Source: Takakia lepidozioides
Taxonomy: Eukaryota > Plantae > Bryophyta
Length of the DNA stretch: 64,000 bases
Assembly (NCBI GenBank): GCA_030704615.1
Contig: CM060731.1
Location: 31,868,001-31,932,000 of the forward strand
Direction of reading: 5' to 3'
In this document: positions 62,695 to 64,000 of the stretch, one piece after another
Layout of the letters: each line of letters begins with the position of its first letter
How positions within the stretch are numbered: position 1 is the stretch's first letter
Notes under the pieces: generated by a model
The model's database searches: none
The model's input: only the letters and a program-made list of their open reading frames with translations
Told to the model about the DNA's origin: nothing
Program-made: the position numbers and the translations under genes

Positions 62695-64000
62695 GTTTGC
62701 GATCTGCACCAAAGTTCTGTCTCCATGTGCATATGAAAAGGCAGTGAGGGTAAGAAACAATTACAACAAGGTTGTTGGGCATGAGTCTTGTATATGAATT
62801 TGGGTGGGAAAAGGCTCACTGGAATGTCAACTCTAGTTGCCTGCTTTCTGGCTTGGTCTGGATTGTAATGAGGCCAACAGTTGTGGGGGTCATACTTCTT
62901 CTTCAATAAAGCCAAATAGACAGTGCAGCACTAGAGGCACTTGAAGTCCTTACCCCTAAACCCTCCAACATCTCTTTGCCAATTCAACTTGTGGACCATG
63001 TGCCTTTGTTTTCAGCAATGTGAGTGTTGGTACTCTTATGGTATGCTTGACTCTCCTTCATGATGGTATATAAATGTTGCCTCTTTTTCCTTTTTCATCT
63101 TGAACCCATAAACTGAGAATAGTGGTTTTGACTTGGTGATTGTCTCTCACCAATCCATGGACCAAGAAGAAGAACAACATGAACGGTAGTGACAAGCCAC
63201 TTTGTCAGCTCCCAAAAGTACGGGACATCTGTCACGTTGTTGGCTATCGCTTAAACAAAGAGAGGGGATAAGAATGAAGAAGAAAAAGAAGAGACAAGAC
63301 AGAGAAGAGAAGGAGGAAGAGATAAAGGGGTAAGTGAAGTCCCTGGGCTTGCACAAGCTCCCCACTTGATCTCACGTATATAAGAGTCAATGTATAGTTA
63401 TATGTACTCTTACTCTTTATCTTCTTTTCTGTCCCCTCTTTTTTGCATTCTCTCTTCCTTCACTATCACAGACACTTGCTCTGGGAAAATGGTAAACCTT
63501 CCGCAGCAATACAGTCATAGTGTGGAGGAGGGGCTTGCCAATGTCCATTTGTTCCCTTCATGTGTCTCCGATCTTGAGGCAAAGAAACCCAGATACATAG
63601 GCGCAGGCACCACTCTATACAGTCTGCATAATGAGTAGCCAGTCAGTGGTTTCTAAAAACAGACACATATACTCAGTGACCGTTCCCTCTGTGAACAATG
63701 GGTGGAATTCAGTCAATACTGGTTACCAGAATCTATAATAGCAGAGGAGGGTGAAGAATACAAAAAAGAATAATTATGTCAACAGGACTGAAGACAGGAA
63801 GATAGACAGAAAGGAAGAAACTTAAAAACATCCACAGGGGCCCAGAGGGCGCATGTAGAAAAGAGAACAACAAGAAACCTTGGAGAGAGAGATTATACTC
63901 ATAAGACATTGTTTGCCATAGCCTTGTGGCCATTGACCCCGCGCCCAATTTGAGTGGGAACAAAAGGGACAGAACCTACCTCTGTCAGGGGCTGACGTTG

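Larger units (their letters stand above)
52906..64000 (-). mobile_element. CACTA (En/Spm) transposon copy 2 (other end not seen in the window)
   Basis: TIR CACTACTACAGAAACCGG at 52906. Highly similar and co-linear with copy 1. The extent beyond ~62700 is inferred. Confidence 0.85.

Overview
Nuclear genomic DNA of a land plant. PPR style and intron style suggest a non-seed plant such as a bryophyte, but this is inference. Host genes: the first exon of a GDSL lipase (-), an unannotated 49-aa two-exon microprotein (-) head-to-head with a WDR74/NSA1 gene (+), a CBP3/UQCC1 complex III chaperone (-), an intronless MATE transporter (+) and a UCH37/UCHL5-type deubiquitinase (+). A decayed PLS-DYW PPR editing-factor pseudogene is also present. 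Transposable elements fill much of the rest: a long-TIR foldback element, two MITEs, a degenerate CRE-like non-LTR retrotransposon, a tRNA-derived SINE, PIF/Harbinger remnants and Ty3/gypsy LTR fragments. From 47972 onward lie two apparently nested copies of a CACTA element. The most striking observation is that this CACTA family carries a captured PPR gene fragment whose ~126-bp L/S-motif segment has been amplified into tandem arrays. Copy 1 has 7 units that mostly preserve the reading frame. Copy 2 has about 20 units with a 4-unit (~509 bp) higher-order periodicity. The repeat unit is visibly homologous to the host PPR-DYW pseudogene 25 kb away. All calls come from reading the sequence by eye; no database searches were run.
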